Counted from the whole stretch's first letter, positions 10,761 through 20,263 are shown. The stretch is DNA of 63,566 bases, filler included, from Reclinomonas americana ATCC 50394 (GCA_048213135.1; 19 parts of 19 records of this genome joined end to end with filler, not necessarily neighbours in it); one strand, 5' to 3'. A program made the numbers and translations. Notes: generated from the letters alone by a model not told the origin.

Positions 10761-11435
10761 CTAGATCTCGCCACCAGCCCAGACAATCCGACCGGCAACC
10801 TGCAGCGCCTCGGCGTCAGGCGGCGACAGCTGCTCCGACTGATACCGCTCATTGTCGCTGATCAGCACGATCGAGTTCTGCCAGCCGAGTGCGATACGCT
10901 TAACCCTCACATTCGGCCCATCGACCAAGACATAGATCCCGTTGGCGCGGGCATGCTTCGGCCGGGTATCCACCAGGACGATCCAGCCGTCCATAATCGT
11001 GGGCTCCATGCTGTCGCCGTCGATCCCCAGGAAACGGGCGTATTTTTCCGGCACGCCGAGGCGCTGGAGCCACGTCCGCGGGAACGGCAAGCGTCGCAGT
11101 TCATAGGGCCGTGCATTCTCATAACCAGGCCCGGCAGAGGCGATCACCTCCAACAGCGGGATCCAAACGACGTCCGGGAGCTCGCCATCGGTGGCGGTGA
11201 CGATCGCCGAACTGGGCATCTCGCGGTTGAAGACGAGCCAGTCCAGCGAAGTGGCGCTCGCTTGGCACAGATTCGCGATTGGCCGCAATGGCGCACGCGC
11301 CTTGCCATCTCGCCATTTAGCGAGCTGTTCCGCTGAATAGCCGGCGACATCCGCCGCCATTTTCATCGACGGAAAGCGGGCCAAAAGGGCCTCGAACCGC
11401 TCTTTGAAGCCTTCGTCAAGCTCTTGATCGTCCAT
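10761..11435 (-). CDS. Prophage repressor, HTH plus S24 autopeptidase (CI-like)
   Basis: N-terminal HTH (MAADVAGYSAEQLAKWRDG), ASAGPG cleavage-type site, GDSMEPTI (Ser) and VRVKRI (Lys). Confidence 0.92.
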   Translation of the reverse strand: MDDQELDEGFKERFEALLARFPSMKMAADVAGYSAEQLAKWRDGKARAPLRPIANLCQASATSLDWLVFNREMPSSAIVTATDGELPDVVWIPLLEVIASAGPGYENARPYELRRLPFPRTWLQRLGVPEKYARFLGIDGDSMEPTIMDGWIVLVDTRPKHARANGIYVLVDGPNVRVKRIALGWQNSIVLISDNERYQSEQLSPPDAEALQVAGRIVWAGGEI

Positions 11436-11550
11436 GGTCGCCAATCGTCGATTGTTGCCGCTTGCGTATCGATAAAAATCGAGCTACGGTATCGTTCGTT
11501 ACTTATAAGGTTAACAGATGGCGGCCTTGGCCGCCAATCGTCGAGGCCTC

Positions 11551-11796
11551 ATGCACGAAGCTGACATCATAGCCGCGGTTCGGAAATCGAAATTCCGCTT
11601 TTTGCCGGCCATCGGCCAGACATACGGCGTGTCCGACGTCGCCCTGCGGGCGGCGCTCCGTCGTCCCCAGCGGGCCGCCGAAAAGGCGATCGCTCAGGCT
11701 CTCCGTATTCCGCTGCACGTTCTCTGGCCCGATCGCTGGAATGCCGCGGGCCAGCGGCTCGTGCGTCGCGGCCGCTCTGCGAAGAGGGCCGCCTGA
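11551..11796 (+). CDS. ner: Ner/Nlp-like transcriptional regulator
   Basis: MHEADIIAAVRK...AEKAIAQALRIPLHVLWPDRW is the Ner signature; divergent from the repressor. Confidence 0.9.
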   Translation: MHEADIIAAVRKSKFRFLPAIGQTYGVSDVALRAALRRPQRAAEKAIAQALRIPLHVLWPDRWNAAGQRLVRRGRSAKRAA

Positions 11797-12683
11797 TGCG
11801 CACGCTTGCCGAACTCACAGCCGGGACCCCGCTGTTCATGGCCGACCTGGCTACGATCGACACCAGCGATCGCCTTCGGCCTGTGACCCCTCAGAATGCG
11901 CAGCTCACCGCCGCGTCCATGAGCGAGACCGGGCAGATCGCGCCGATCGTCGTACGCGTCCACCCCTCGGGTAACGGCCTCAAGCTAATCGCGGGAGGCC
12001 GCCGCTGCGCGGCCGCCACCATTCTCGGCTGGGAGCAGATTGCTGCCGTCCTGGTCGAGTGCTCGGATGACGAAGCGCGGATGATCGAGGTTGACGAGAA
12101 CCTTGCCCGCGAAGAGCTCTCCCCGTTGGATCGGGCGTTTTTCCTCGCCGAGCGTAAGCGCGTCTATGAGCTGCTGAACCCCGAGGCGGGGCATGGCAAG
12201 GCCAAGAAGCCGAAGACCGAAAAAGGAAAGGTCGCCAACTTGGCGACTTTTGCGCGCTTCTCCAAGGATGCGGCCCGGTCAACCGGCCTGAGCGAGCGCA
12301 CAATCCAGCGCGCATGCGAGCTGGCCGGGGCGCTAACGCCAGACGCGGTCTCTCTCATCCGTGGCACCAAGGTCGCCGATAATCAGGCGCAGCTGCAGGC
12401 TCTCGCCGCGCTCGATCCGGCTGATCAGCTGAAGGTCGCTCGCGAAATCGCCGAGGGCCGCGCTTCCAATCTCGCCAAGGCACGCGTCACGGCCGGCATG
12501 GTGCCGGAGGGCGGTGCCGTGCGGGAGGAGGATCGGCCGCTCGTCAAGCTCGAAGCACTGCTGGCGCGCCTGACGCCCAGCCAGTTGCGCGGCGCCAAGG
12601 TGATGATCGACGCCAAGATCGCGGCGCTCGACGCCGCGCAGGCGCCCAAGCCCGCCAAGGCCAAGAAGGGCGGCGCCGCATGA
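11796..12683 (+). CDS. ParB N-terminal domain protein
   Basis: GQIAPIVVR...LIAGGRRCAAA...MIEVDENLAREELSPLDRA followed by an HTH. Confidence 0.85.
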   Translation: MRTLAELTAGTPLFMADLATIDTSDRLRPVTPQNAQLTAASMSETGQIAPIVVRVHPSGNGLKLIAGGRRCAAATILGWEQIAAVLVECSDDEARMIEVDENLAREELSPLDRAFFLAERKRVYELLNPEAGHGKAKKPKTEKGKVANLATFARFSKDAARSTGLSERTIQRACELAGALTPDAVSLIRGTKVADNQAQLQALAALDPADQLKVAREIAEGRASNLAKARVTAGMVPEGGAVREEDRPLVKLEALLARLTPSQLRGAKVMIDAKIAALDAAQAPKPAKAKKGGAA

Positions 12684-12806
12684 CCCTCACCGTCTCGCAA
12701 GCCAACNNNNNNNNNNNNNNNNNNNNNNNNNNNNNNNNNNNNNNNNNNNNTTAATTAATTAANNNNNNNNNNNNNNNNNNNNNNNNNNNNNNNNNNNNNN
12801 NNNNNN

Positions 12807-12982
12807 CGGGAAGAGACGCCTGCCCAGCGCTTCGGCGCGCGCAGGCGATCGAGGCCCAGCTGGCGACCGGCGAGGTCGTAGCCAACGCCGATGCGCTCTG
12901 GCTCGGCGGCTACCAGGCCGGACCTGAGTACCGCGCGCAGAAGACGATCGCAGAGGATTTCGGCGAGGCAGCGTTGCGTTGA
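12807..12982 (+). CDS. Mu-type transposase (MuA-like), C-terminal fragment; the body lies in the gap
   Basis: EETPAQRF..RAQAIEAQLATGEVVANADALWLGGYQAGPEY...* directly before the MuB-like gene; contains an apparent frameshift error. Confidence 0.55.
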
Positions 12983-13056
12983 CGCCTACGGAAAAGAGAG
13001 CGGCCCGCCGTTGCAGCGGCGGGCCGATGGAAGAGCAAAACAGATTGAGGATTGCG

Positions 13057-13791
13057 ATGAACCAACCCGAAAAGGCCCGCTTCGCTCCGCTGAAGAACGT
13101 GACCGCGTTGATGACGCTCGTCAACCGGCTTCAGGCGCGCAGCGTGGACCTGCCCGGCTTCGGCATCTTCCACGGCCCCAGCGGCTACGGAAAGACGAAG
13201 GCGGCGATCTACGCCTGCAACAAGACCCGCGCGCCCATGGTTTCCATCGGCGACAGCTGGACGCGCCGGAAATTCCTGGAACATGTCCTGCGCGAGATCG
13301 GCATTGCCAATCCGCGCGGCACCGTCGCTGACATGACCGAGCGCGCTATCGAGATCCTCGGCGAGAAGATCGACCGCCCCTTGATCATCGACGAGGCCGA
13401 CAAGGCGGTCGACAAGGGCTTCATCGAGCTCATCCGAGAGATCCACGACTACAGCCAGGCGCCGATCATCCTGATTGGGGAGGAACAGCTTCCGAACAAG
13501 CTGATGCAGGTCGAGCGCGTACACAACCGCGTCCTCGACTGGCAGCCGGCGCAGCCCTGCGACCTCGACGACGCGGCCCATCTGGCCGCTGTCTATGCGC
13601 CGCAGCTCACGATCGACGATGCGCTGCTCGACCAGGTCCGTAAACAGTGCGGCGGTGTCGCCCGCCGCATCTCGACGACGCTGGCGGAGATGACCGAGTT
13701 CGCTCGGAACCATGGGTTCAACCAACTCGACCTCTCCAACTTCAGCGGCCGCGTCCACACGGGCCAGCCGACGAAGCGGAGGGCAGCGTAA
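13057..13791 (+). CDS. MuB-like AAA+ transposition ATPase
   Basis: Walker A HGPSGYGKT, Walker B LIIDEAD, ILIGEE. Confidence 0.92.
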   Translation: MNQPEKARFAPLKNVTALMTLVNRLQARSVDLPGFGIFHGPSGYGKTKAAIYACNKTRAPMVSIGDSWTRRKFLEHVLREIGIANPRGTVADMTERAIEILGEKIDRPLIIDEADKAVDKGFIELIREIHDYSQAPIILIGEEQLPNKLMQVERVHNRVLDWQPAQPCDLDDAAHLAAVYAPQLTIDDALLDQVRKQCGGVARRISTTLAEMTEFARNHGFNQLDLSNFSGRVHTGQPTKRRAA

Positions 13792-14339
13792 TGGTCAGCA
13801 CCGTTCGCCTCTCGGACGACGCGCACGCCACGGCTTGGCGCGCCATGACGGTCCTCACGAAAGATTACGGGCGGTTCACGGTCGCAACCGTCGCCGCCCT
13901 CACGCCTCAGGCCAGTTATCCGGCGATCGCAGAATGGCACGGTTGGCTCGCTCGCGAGATGATCGTTTCAGCGGAGGGGCCGGCTTGGCGTGTCGAGGTG
14001 GCGGGCGAGGCCCCGCCGCGCAACCGCGGGACTAACGGCCGCGGCTCTCAGCAGCAGCGACAGATTTGGACCGCGATGCGCGCCTTGCGCGCGTTCTCGG
14101 CCGCCGATTTGGTCGAGGCCGCTACCACTGATGTCTGCGAGGTGACCGCCTTGGCAGTCGCGCGGTTGGTCCGAGCACTCGAACAGGTCGGCTACTTGCA
14201 GCGTGCCGGCGACCGGTTGCGCCTGCCTCCGGGAAAGGACACCGGCCCGCGCGCGCCCATCCCGCTCTCTGGCGGGGGCATCTTTGATCTCAATTTGGGT
14301 CAAACCGTTAACCCTAACAATCTGCGGGGGCGGTCGTGA
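13791..14339 (+). CDS. Mu-like phage hypothetical protein (winged-helix-like)
   Basis: TAATG coupling to MuB; QIWTAMRALRAFSAADL...DTGPRAP. Confidence 0.7.
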   Translation: MVSTVRLSDDAHATAWRAMTVLTKDYGRFTVATVAALTPQASYPAIAEWHGWLAREMIVSAEGPAWRVEVAGEAPPRNRGTNGRGSQQQRQIWTAMRALRAFSAADLVEAATTDVCEVTALAVARLVRALEQVGYLQRAGDRLRLPPGKDTGPRAPIPLSGGGIFDLNLGQTVNPNNLRGRS

Positions 14340-14722
14340 CTACAACTCGCAACCGCACGACGGCGATGGAGCGGGCCAGCGCGGCTTGGGGGGAGGCGAT
14401 GCCTCCTGAAATACGCGCGCTCGCTGAGGCTTGCATGCGTTCGACGGCGCGCGAGGTCGCCCAGAGGCTTGGATATAGCGACGCGGTGGTCTCCCACATG
14501 TTGTCCCGCCGCTATCCCGGCGACGTCCAGGCGGTCCTGATCCGGATCCGCGGTGCACTCCTCGGCCAGCAGGTCGATTGCCCCGTCCTCGGCCCGATCG
14601 GCAAGGACCAGTGCCTCCAAGAGCAGGCCAAGCCCTTCTCGTCCTCGAACCCGGCGCGCGCGCGGCTTTTCCGCGCCTGCCGGGACTGCCCCTCAAATCG
14701 CAAGAACTCCGGAGACGCCTGA
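14336..14722 (+). CDS. Mu-like phage HTH protein with Cys motif
   Basis: AREVAQRLGYSDAVVS HTH; VDCPVLG...C...ACRDCP. Confidence 0.75.
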   Translation: MTTTRNRTTAMERASAAWGEAMPPEIRALAEACMRSTAREVAQRLGYSDAVVSHMLSRRYPGDVQAVLIRIRGALLGQQVDCPVLGPIGKDQCLQEQAKPFSSSNPARARLFRACRDCPSNRKNSGDA

Positions 14723-14958
14723 TGATCCGGTCAGCCTTCAAGCTCGTGTGCATCTGCCTTGTTCCGCTCGGCGGCTTCGTCGCCGGCGCGATGCTACATT
14801 TCGTCCGCGATCCGGAGGTCTACGCCTTCGTGTTGCTCGCGGGCACATGCGCCAGCCTGGCCGGAGCAGTCGGCTTCGCCCAGCTCGATCGCGAGGAAGC
14901 GCTCCGCCACGCGCGCCATCTCGGCCGCGTTCCCGCCATCCCGGGCCGGGAGGGCTGA
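14722..14958 (+). CDS. Small two-TM membrane protein
   Basis: MIRSAFKLVCICLVPLGGFVAGAML...; coupled to the upstream stop codon. Confidence 0.55.
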   Translation: MIRSAFKLVCICLVPLGGFVAGAMLHFVRDPEVYAFVLLAGTCASLAGAVGFAQLDREEALRHARHLGRVPAIPGREG

Positions 14959-14961
14959 GCC

Positions 14962-15375
14962 ATGCAGGCAAAGCCTCTGTCCGCCGATCTGCGCGAGCTG
15001 CGAGACCTGTTCCGCACCTATGTCGCGTCCCACCGGCGGCCGACGATCGACGCCTGCAGGGATCTCACGGTGTCTCTGTGCCTGCTCGCGGAAAAGGCCG
15101 AGCGCCTTGAGCAGCGCGCGGCCGATGCCGACGAGATGGAGGCGATTGCCCGCGATCTCGACATCGTCGCCAGCGCGGCCGTCTCGCCGTCTCTGCAGCA
15201 GGCACTGATAGGTCAGCAGGCCGAGATCCAGCGCCAGCTGGACGGTGGCGGGCCGGTTCATGTTCCGCGTCCCGGCCTCGCCGCCCTCGCCATGCCGATC
15301 GGCGACAGCAACGTCGTCAGCTTCCCGCGCGCCCCGCGGCCGGCCGGCCGCGACGACGGAGGCCACGCGGCATGA
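14962..15375 (+). CDS. Hypothetical phage protein
   Basis: ORF within the operon, with GGAGG RBS and ATGA overlap to the next gene. Confidence 0.6.
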   Translation: MQAKPLSADLRELRDLFRTYVASHRRPTIDACRDLTVSLCLLAEKAERLEQRAADADEMEAIARDLDIVASAAVSPSLQQALIGQQAEIQRQLDGGGPVHVPRPGLAALAMPIGDSNVVSFPRAPRPAGRDDGGHAA

Positions 15376-15941
15376 GCGAGCGCCATGTCACCTTCGACAT
15401 GATCGTTCAGGCGGTCGGCGCCGTCGCCGGGGTCACCCGCCATGAGATCATGGTCGCCGGCCGTGCCGGCGCCGACGAACGGGTCCATCTCCGCTACGCG
15501 TGCTGGTGGCTCGCCAGCAAGATGACGTCGCTGGGTCCGAGCACGATCGGCCGGATGTCGGGCGGCCGCGACCACACCATGGTGATCCACGGCCAGCGCC
15601 GGGCCGAGGAACTGCGCGCCTCGAGCGAGACCTTCCGACTCTCGACGGATGCGCTCCTCGGCACGCTGCAGGCNNNNNNNNNNNNNNNNNNNNNNNNNNN
15701 NNNNNNNNNNNNNNNNNTTAATTAATTAANNNNNNNNNNNNNNNNNNNNNNNNNNNNNNNNNNNNNNNNNNNNGCCGTCTCGATCGACCCGCTCGCCACC
15801 GCCCGCCGCGTGCTGGCCGCGCCCGAGCGCGAGGCGGTGCGCGTCTCGACCTATGAAATCGTCGCCATGTCCCGGCTCATCGTCGAGCAGGCCGATGGCG
15901 ACACTTCCGAACCTTCAACCGAGGAGACCGTCCATGTCTGA
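15372..15941 (+). CDS. DnaA C-terminal (domain IV) HTH-like protein; probably spans the gap at 15674-15773
   Basis: TFDMIVQAVGAVAGVTRHEI...WLASKMTSLGPSTIGRMSGGRDHTMVIHG versus the DnaA signature IGxxFGGRDHTTVxHA; the continuation after the gap is inferred. Confidence 0.8.
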
Positions 15942-16590
15942 GAATGCGCCTAGCCAGCCCGTCGTTCCGGCCGGCATCATCGACGTGGGCGGTCAGCCTC
16001 ACATGCGCGACGCGAAGGGGCGCCTCGTCCCGGTCGAGCTGGTGAAGCCGGCCGACAAGCTAGAGGACGAGATGGTGCGCAAGGTGATGGCCTTCGCGCT
16101 CGATCTCTCGGCCCAGATCGCCCGCTTCAAGGAACACACCTTCGCCGACCTCAACGGCTTCCAGCAGCTGCTGGAGCAGGAGTACGGCGCCCGCGCCGGC
16201 GGCGAGAAAGGCAACGTCACCTTCCAGACCGTCGACGGGCTGATGCAAGTCAAGGTGCAGATCGCCGACCTGATCGAGTTCGGCCCACAGCTGCAACAGG
16301 CGAAGTCGCTGATCGACGAATGCTTGGTCGAGTGGGGCGCCGACAGCCGGCCGGAGATCCGCGCGATCGTCTCCCGCGCCTTCGCGGTTGAGAAGGAAGG
16401 TCAGATCAACAAGGCCAACCTGTTCCTGCTGCTGAAGCTCGATATCGGCGACAAGCGCTGGACGCGGGCGATGACGGCGATCCGCGACGCGATCCGGGTC
16501 ACCGGCACGAAGGAGTATGTCCGCTTCTACCAGCGCCGGCGCCCGCAGGATCGCTTCGAGACGGTCACCATCGACCTCGCGGCCGCGTGA
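15934..16590 (+). CDS. DUF3164 family Mu-like phage protein
   Basis: MRDAKGRLVPVELVKPADKLEDEMV...GGEKGNVTF...KEYVRFYQR. Confidence 0.85.
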   Translation: MSENAPSQPVVPAGIIDVGGQPHMRDAKGRLVPVELVKPADKLEDEMVRKVMAFALDLSAQIARFKEHTFADLNGFQQLLEQEYGARAGGEKGNVTFQTVDGLMQVKVQIADLIEFGPQLQQAKSLIDECLVEWGADSRPEIRAIVSRAFAVEKEGQINKANLFLLLKLDIGDKRWTRAMTAIRDAIRVTGTKEYVRFYQRRRPQDRFETVTIDLAAA

Positions 16591-16597
16591 GGGCGCC

Positions 16598-16807
16598 ATG
16601 GCCGCTCCCCGCTTCACCAATGAGCAACTCGCGGCCGCCGCCGAGCGCGAGGTTAGGCTCCGCGAGCGAGTCTATGCCCGGCAAGTGCAGATCAAGCGCA
16701 TGAGCCAGGCCAAGGCCGACGAGGAAATCGCCTTGATGAAGGCCATCGCCGCCAATCTACGCGCGCAAGCGCAGCGCGATGGCCTGTTCGGAGGCGCAGT
16801 CCAGTGA
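16598..16807 (+). CDS. Small hypothetical phage protein
   Basis: EQLAAAAEREVRLRERVY...ADEEIALMKAI. Confidence 0.7.
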   Translation: MAAPRFTNEQLAAAAEREVRLRERVYARQVQIKRMSQAKADEEIALMKAIAANLRAQAQRDGLFGGAVQ

Positions 16808-17073
16808 GCATTCTCCTCTCCCGCGCCCGCGACGGGCACTGCCGCTGGATCGTCTGCGAGGGTGTCCAGCCCCGCCGAGGCGAGCCGATCGACATCTTCG
16901 GCGGCCGCCGCGTCTGCGGTGAGCCCACGATTTGGCCGACGTCCTACTGCGCCGAGCACTGCCTGCGCGTCTACGCCGCCGCTCCGGCGGTCAGAGACCC
17001 CATCGACTTCACCAGCCGCAGCGCCCCGCCGGCGTTCGACCGCCAACCCGAGCTGACGGAGATCTTCGGATGA
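16804..17073 (+). CDS. GcrA C-terminal-like domain protein
   Basis: SILL..ARDGHCRWIV...VCGEPT...SYCAEHCLRVY matches the GcrA CTD pattern (CRWPxG...FCG...YCxxH). Confidence 0.75.
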   Translation: MSILLSRARDGHCRWIVCEGVQPRRGEPIDIFGGRRVCGEPTIWPTSYCAEHCLRVYAAAPAVRDPIDFTSRSAPPAFDRQPELTEIFG

Positions 17074-17972
17074 CCCTGCGCACCGTCGAACCCTTGGCCC
17101 TTCCGGAAGGCTGGACGCCGGCCGAGCTCGAAGCGTTCGTCCCCCGTTTCGAGTGGATCGCGCCGACATCGCTGCTGGTCGATCCGACTTATCAGCGCAA
17201 CCTGACCGAGACTTCCGTGAGGCTTATTCACCGCATTGCGGCCGGCTGGTCCTGGCGGCGCTTCAAGCCGCCGATCGTCGCCGAAACCAATGCGGGCCTG
17301 CATATCCTCGACGGCCAGCACACCGCCATCGGCGCTGCCACCCATGGCGGGATCCCGACGATCCCGGTGATGATCGTCGAGGGCGCCGACCAGTTGGAGC
17401 GTGCTCGCGCCTTCCTCGGCCACAACCGCGATCGCGTCGGCCTCACGGCTCTCAGCCTGTTCCACGCCGCCGTCGCCGCCGGTGCGAGGCGCGATGACTG
17501 TCATGCAGGTGTGCGGGCGGGCCGGCGTCACCGTGCTGCGACNNNNNNNNNNNNNNNNNNNNNNNNNNNNNNNNNNNNNNNNNNNNTTAATTAATTAANN
17601 NNNNNNNNNNNNNNNNNNNNNNNNNNNNNNNNNNNNNNNNNNTTCGAGGTTGCCGAAACCGTCGCCGTCGCGGCTCTGAGCGCTCTTTGCCGGCGCCGCA
17701 CCGCCATGCAGGCCAGGGTCGTGCTTGAGACGCTCGCGCAGGCGCGGCTGGCTCCGGTGACCTCGGACGCGATCAAGGCGGCCGAGGAGCTCCTGTACGG
17801 CTCGACCTATGCCGGCGAGATCGCCGCCGACGATTTGAAGGCGACGCTCCTGGCCCGCTGGCCGGACATGCAGCGCAAGGCGGCGGATCTTGCCTTGGCC
17901 AAATCCCTGCCGAAATGGCGGGCGCTGACGATCTCGCTCTACCAGAACACGAGGAAGCGCCGTGCAGCCTGA
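17070..17972 (+). CDS. ParB/Srx-like (DUF6551-type) protein; spans the gap at 17543-17642
   Basis: LLVDPTYQRNL...WSWRRFKPPIV...ILDGQHTAIGA. Confidence 0.7.
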
Positions 17973-18339
17973 CGTCGAACTGGCGGCGCTGCGCGCCCGC
18001 AATGCCTGGCTCGAGGAGCGCGTCGCCTTCCTGGACCGCGTGTTGGTGGCAGCCTTGGCTCTGCCGCTGGAGTGGCGCCTGACGGTCAACGAGGCCCGCC
18101 TCGTCTCGGCGCTCTATGGGCGCAGCGAATGCACCAAGGATCAGCTCATGGCGGCCTTGTATCGCAACGACGGCCGCGACGAGCCGATGGAGAAGATCGT
18201 CGACGTCTTCATCTGCAAGGCCCGGGCGAAGATGCGCCCGTTCGGCGCCAACATACTGACCCGCTGGGGCCATGGGTACAGCCTGGACGGTGCCGCCCGC
18301 GCTGCGATCGACAAGCTCAACCAGAAGGTGCCGGCATGA
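17962..18339 (+). CDS. Stand-alone OmpR/PhoB winged-helix domain resembling the CtrA DNA-binding domain
   Basis: LTVNEARLV...DEPMEKIVDVFICKARAKM...ILTRWGHGYSL versus CtrA DEPELKIIDVFICKLRKKL...IETVWGRGY; a coiled coil replaces the receiver domain. Confidence 0.85.
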   Translation: MQPDVELAALRARNAWLEERVAFLDRVLVAALALPLEWRLTVNEARLVSALYGRSECTKDQLMAALYRNDGRDEPMEKIVDVFICKARAKMRPFGANILTRWGHGYSLDGAARAAIDKLNQKVPA

Positions 18340-18927
18340 CCCCGCGCGAGCGTCTGCGCAGTAAGATCGCCGCCCTGCAGGCCAAGACCGAAGCCAGCGG
18401 CTGCACCGAAGCCGAGGCGATGGCCGCGGCCGCGCTGGCAGCACGACTGATGGCCGAGCACGACTTCGACCAGGCTGAGATCGAGATGACCGAGGCAACC
18501 GCTGCCGACAACTCGACCCGGACGACGAACCGCACCACCTGGCGCGACAAGCTCTCGGGCGCCATCGCCTATTACACCAACTGTGCCATGCTGATCCGCT
18601 GCGATCGCGGCGACATCCTGTTCGTCGGCCGCGAGCCCGGGCCCGATATTGCGGCCTATCTCCGCGATGTCTGCTTCCGCGCGGTGGATCGCGCCCTGCG
18701 CGAGTTCAAGGAGACGCCGTTCTACACCCGCCGCCGCAAGCTCTCGACCCGGCGCGCGGCCGCGGCCGATTTCATCGACGGCATGGTGCTGCGCCTGACC
18801 GTCCGGCTCGGCGAGCTGTTCAAGCCCATCCGAAACGAGGCCGCCCGCCAGGAGGCGAAGCAGGCGCTGGCAAAGCGCGAGCCCGGCACTGTCCCTGTCG
18901 TGTTGAAGGAGCGGAAGGAGCGCTACG
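18336..18927 (+). CDS. DUF2786-type phage protein, 3' partial
   Basis: RLRSKIAALQAKTEASGCTEAEAMAAAALAARLM. Confidence 0.75.
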
Positions 18928-19027
18928 NNNNNNNNNNNNNNNNNNNNNNNNNNNNNNNNNNNNNNNNNNNNTTAATTAATTAANNNNNNNNNNNNNNNNN
19001 NNNNNNNNNNNNNNNNNNNNNNNNNNN

Positions 19028-19320
19028 TCCAGATCGAAGAAGTCCGCCTCGCTGAGACCCGGGCGCATAGCCTGCGCCATGGTCTGCCGGTCGTCGAGAA
19101 GCGGCCGCGGGATGTGGTGGCGCGCAGCGCCGAGGTGCTGAACTGCGCCAGGCGAAGCCTGGAAACGCTGTCGGAGCATGCCGACGAGATCCGCGCCTTC
19201 CTGAAATTGCCGGCGGATGCCCGCGAGGCCGTGCTCCGCCATGGCGAGACTATGGGCCAGATGTGCCTCGAGCTCGCAAAGCGCGAGGCGATCGCCAAGG
19301 CGGGAGGGCCGGCACGATGA
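19028..19320 (+). CDS. Hypothetical protein, 5' partial
   Basis: Open frame whose stop overlaps the ATG of the LexA-like gene. Confidence 0.45.
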
Positions 19321-19646
19321 TGGGCCTGACGCCGCGCCAGGCCGACTGCCTGGCCTTCATCCGCGGGCGCCTCGAGGCCGGCCACGTCGCGCCGTCGTAC
19401 GAGGAGATCGCGGCGCATCTGCGCATCGTCAAGAGCAACGTCCATCGCATGGTCCATGCGCTCGAGGAGCGCGGGCATATCCGTCTGATCCGCAACCGCG
19501 AGCGCTCGATCGCCCTGGTCGCCGACGGTGTGACCAAGCCCATGGAGGCCGGGCTCGCCTTGCTCTCGCGCGTTACCGGCAAGAGCCGCGACCAGCTTGT
19601 CGCCCAGGCGGTCGAGGAGTTCCTCGAGCGGCAGGTGCGGCGATGA
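19317..19646 (+). CDS. LexA DNA-binding domain fused to a ribbon-helix-helix-like tail (no S24 domain)
   Basis: LTPRQADCLAFIRGRLEAGHVAPSYEEIAAHLRIVKSNVHRMVHALEERGHIRLIRNRERSI versus alpha LexA LTxKQxELLxFI...PPSFDEM...[26 protein letters not shown]; C-terminus LSRVTGKSRDQLVAQAVEEFL. Confidence 0.85.
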   Translation: MMGLTPRQADCLAFIRGRLEAGHVAPSYEEIAAHLRIVKSNVHRMVHALEERGHIRLIRNRERSIALVADGVTKPMEAGLALLSRVTGKSRDQLVAQAVEEFLERQVRR

Positions 19647-20163
19647 CGCAGCATTCCTTCTCCTTCTCGCCGGCCGTCATGGCGCAGCGTTCCGAGCCGG
19701 CCGACTCCCTCGACTTCTTCCCGACGCCGCCCTGGGCGACCCGCGCCTTCGTGCACCATGTTGCCCGGCCGGAGCTGGGGGTGCTGATCCCCGATCAGAT
19801 CCTGGAGCCCGCCTGCGGCGAAGGGCACATGGCCGAGCCGCTGAAAGAGGTGTTTCCCTTCGTCGCCGCGAGCGACGTCCATCCCTATGGCTATGGCGAG
19901 GTCGAGGACTTCCTTCAGGCCGGCGGCAACCGTGGCGCCTGCGACTGGATGTTCACGAACCCGCCCTTCAACGCGGCCGTGGCTTTCGCTCGCCAGGGGC
20001 TGGCGCTGGCGCGCTGTGGCGTCGCGATCCTCGTGCGCACCCAGTGGCTGCACACCATCGAGCGTTACGAGCTCTTCCGCGAGTTTTCGCCCTTCGTAAT
20101 CGCCTATTACGTCGAGCGCGTGCCGATGCACCGCGGCCGCTGGGAGCCGGACGGCGACACGGC
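19643..20163 (+). CDS. DNA amino-methyltransferase (NPPF type), 3' partial
   Basis: DFFPTPPWAT, ILEPACGEGHM (SAM binding) and FTNPPF (catalytic). Confidence 0.88.
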
Positions 20164-20263
20164 NNNNNNNNNNNNNNNNNNNNNNNNNNNNNNNNNNNNN
20201 NNNNNNNTTAATTAATTAANNNNNNNNNNNNNNNNNNNNNNNNNNNNNNNNNNNNNNNNNNNN

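Noticed and set aside
11496..11516. CtrA box in the repressor/ner intergenic region
   Set aside because: Only a TTAAC half-site is present; the spacing does not fit TTAA-N7-TTAA.
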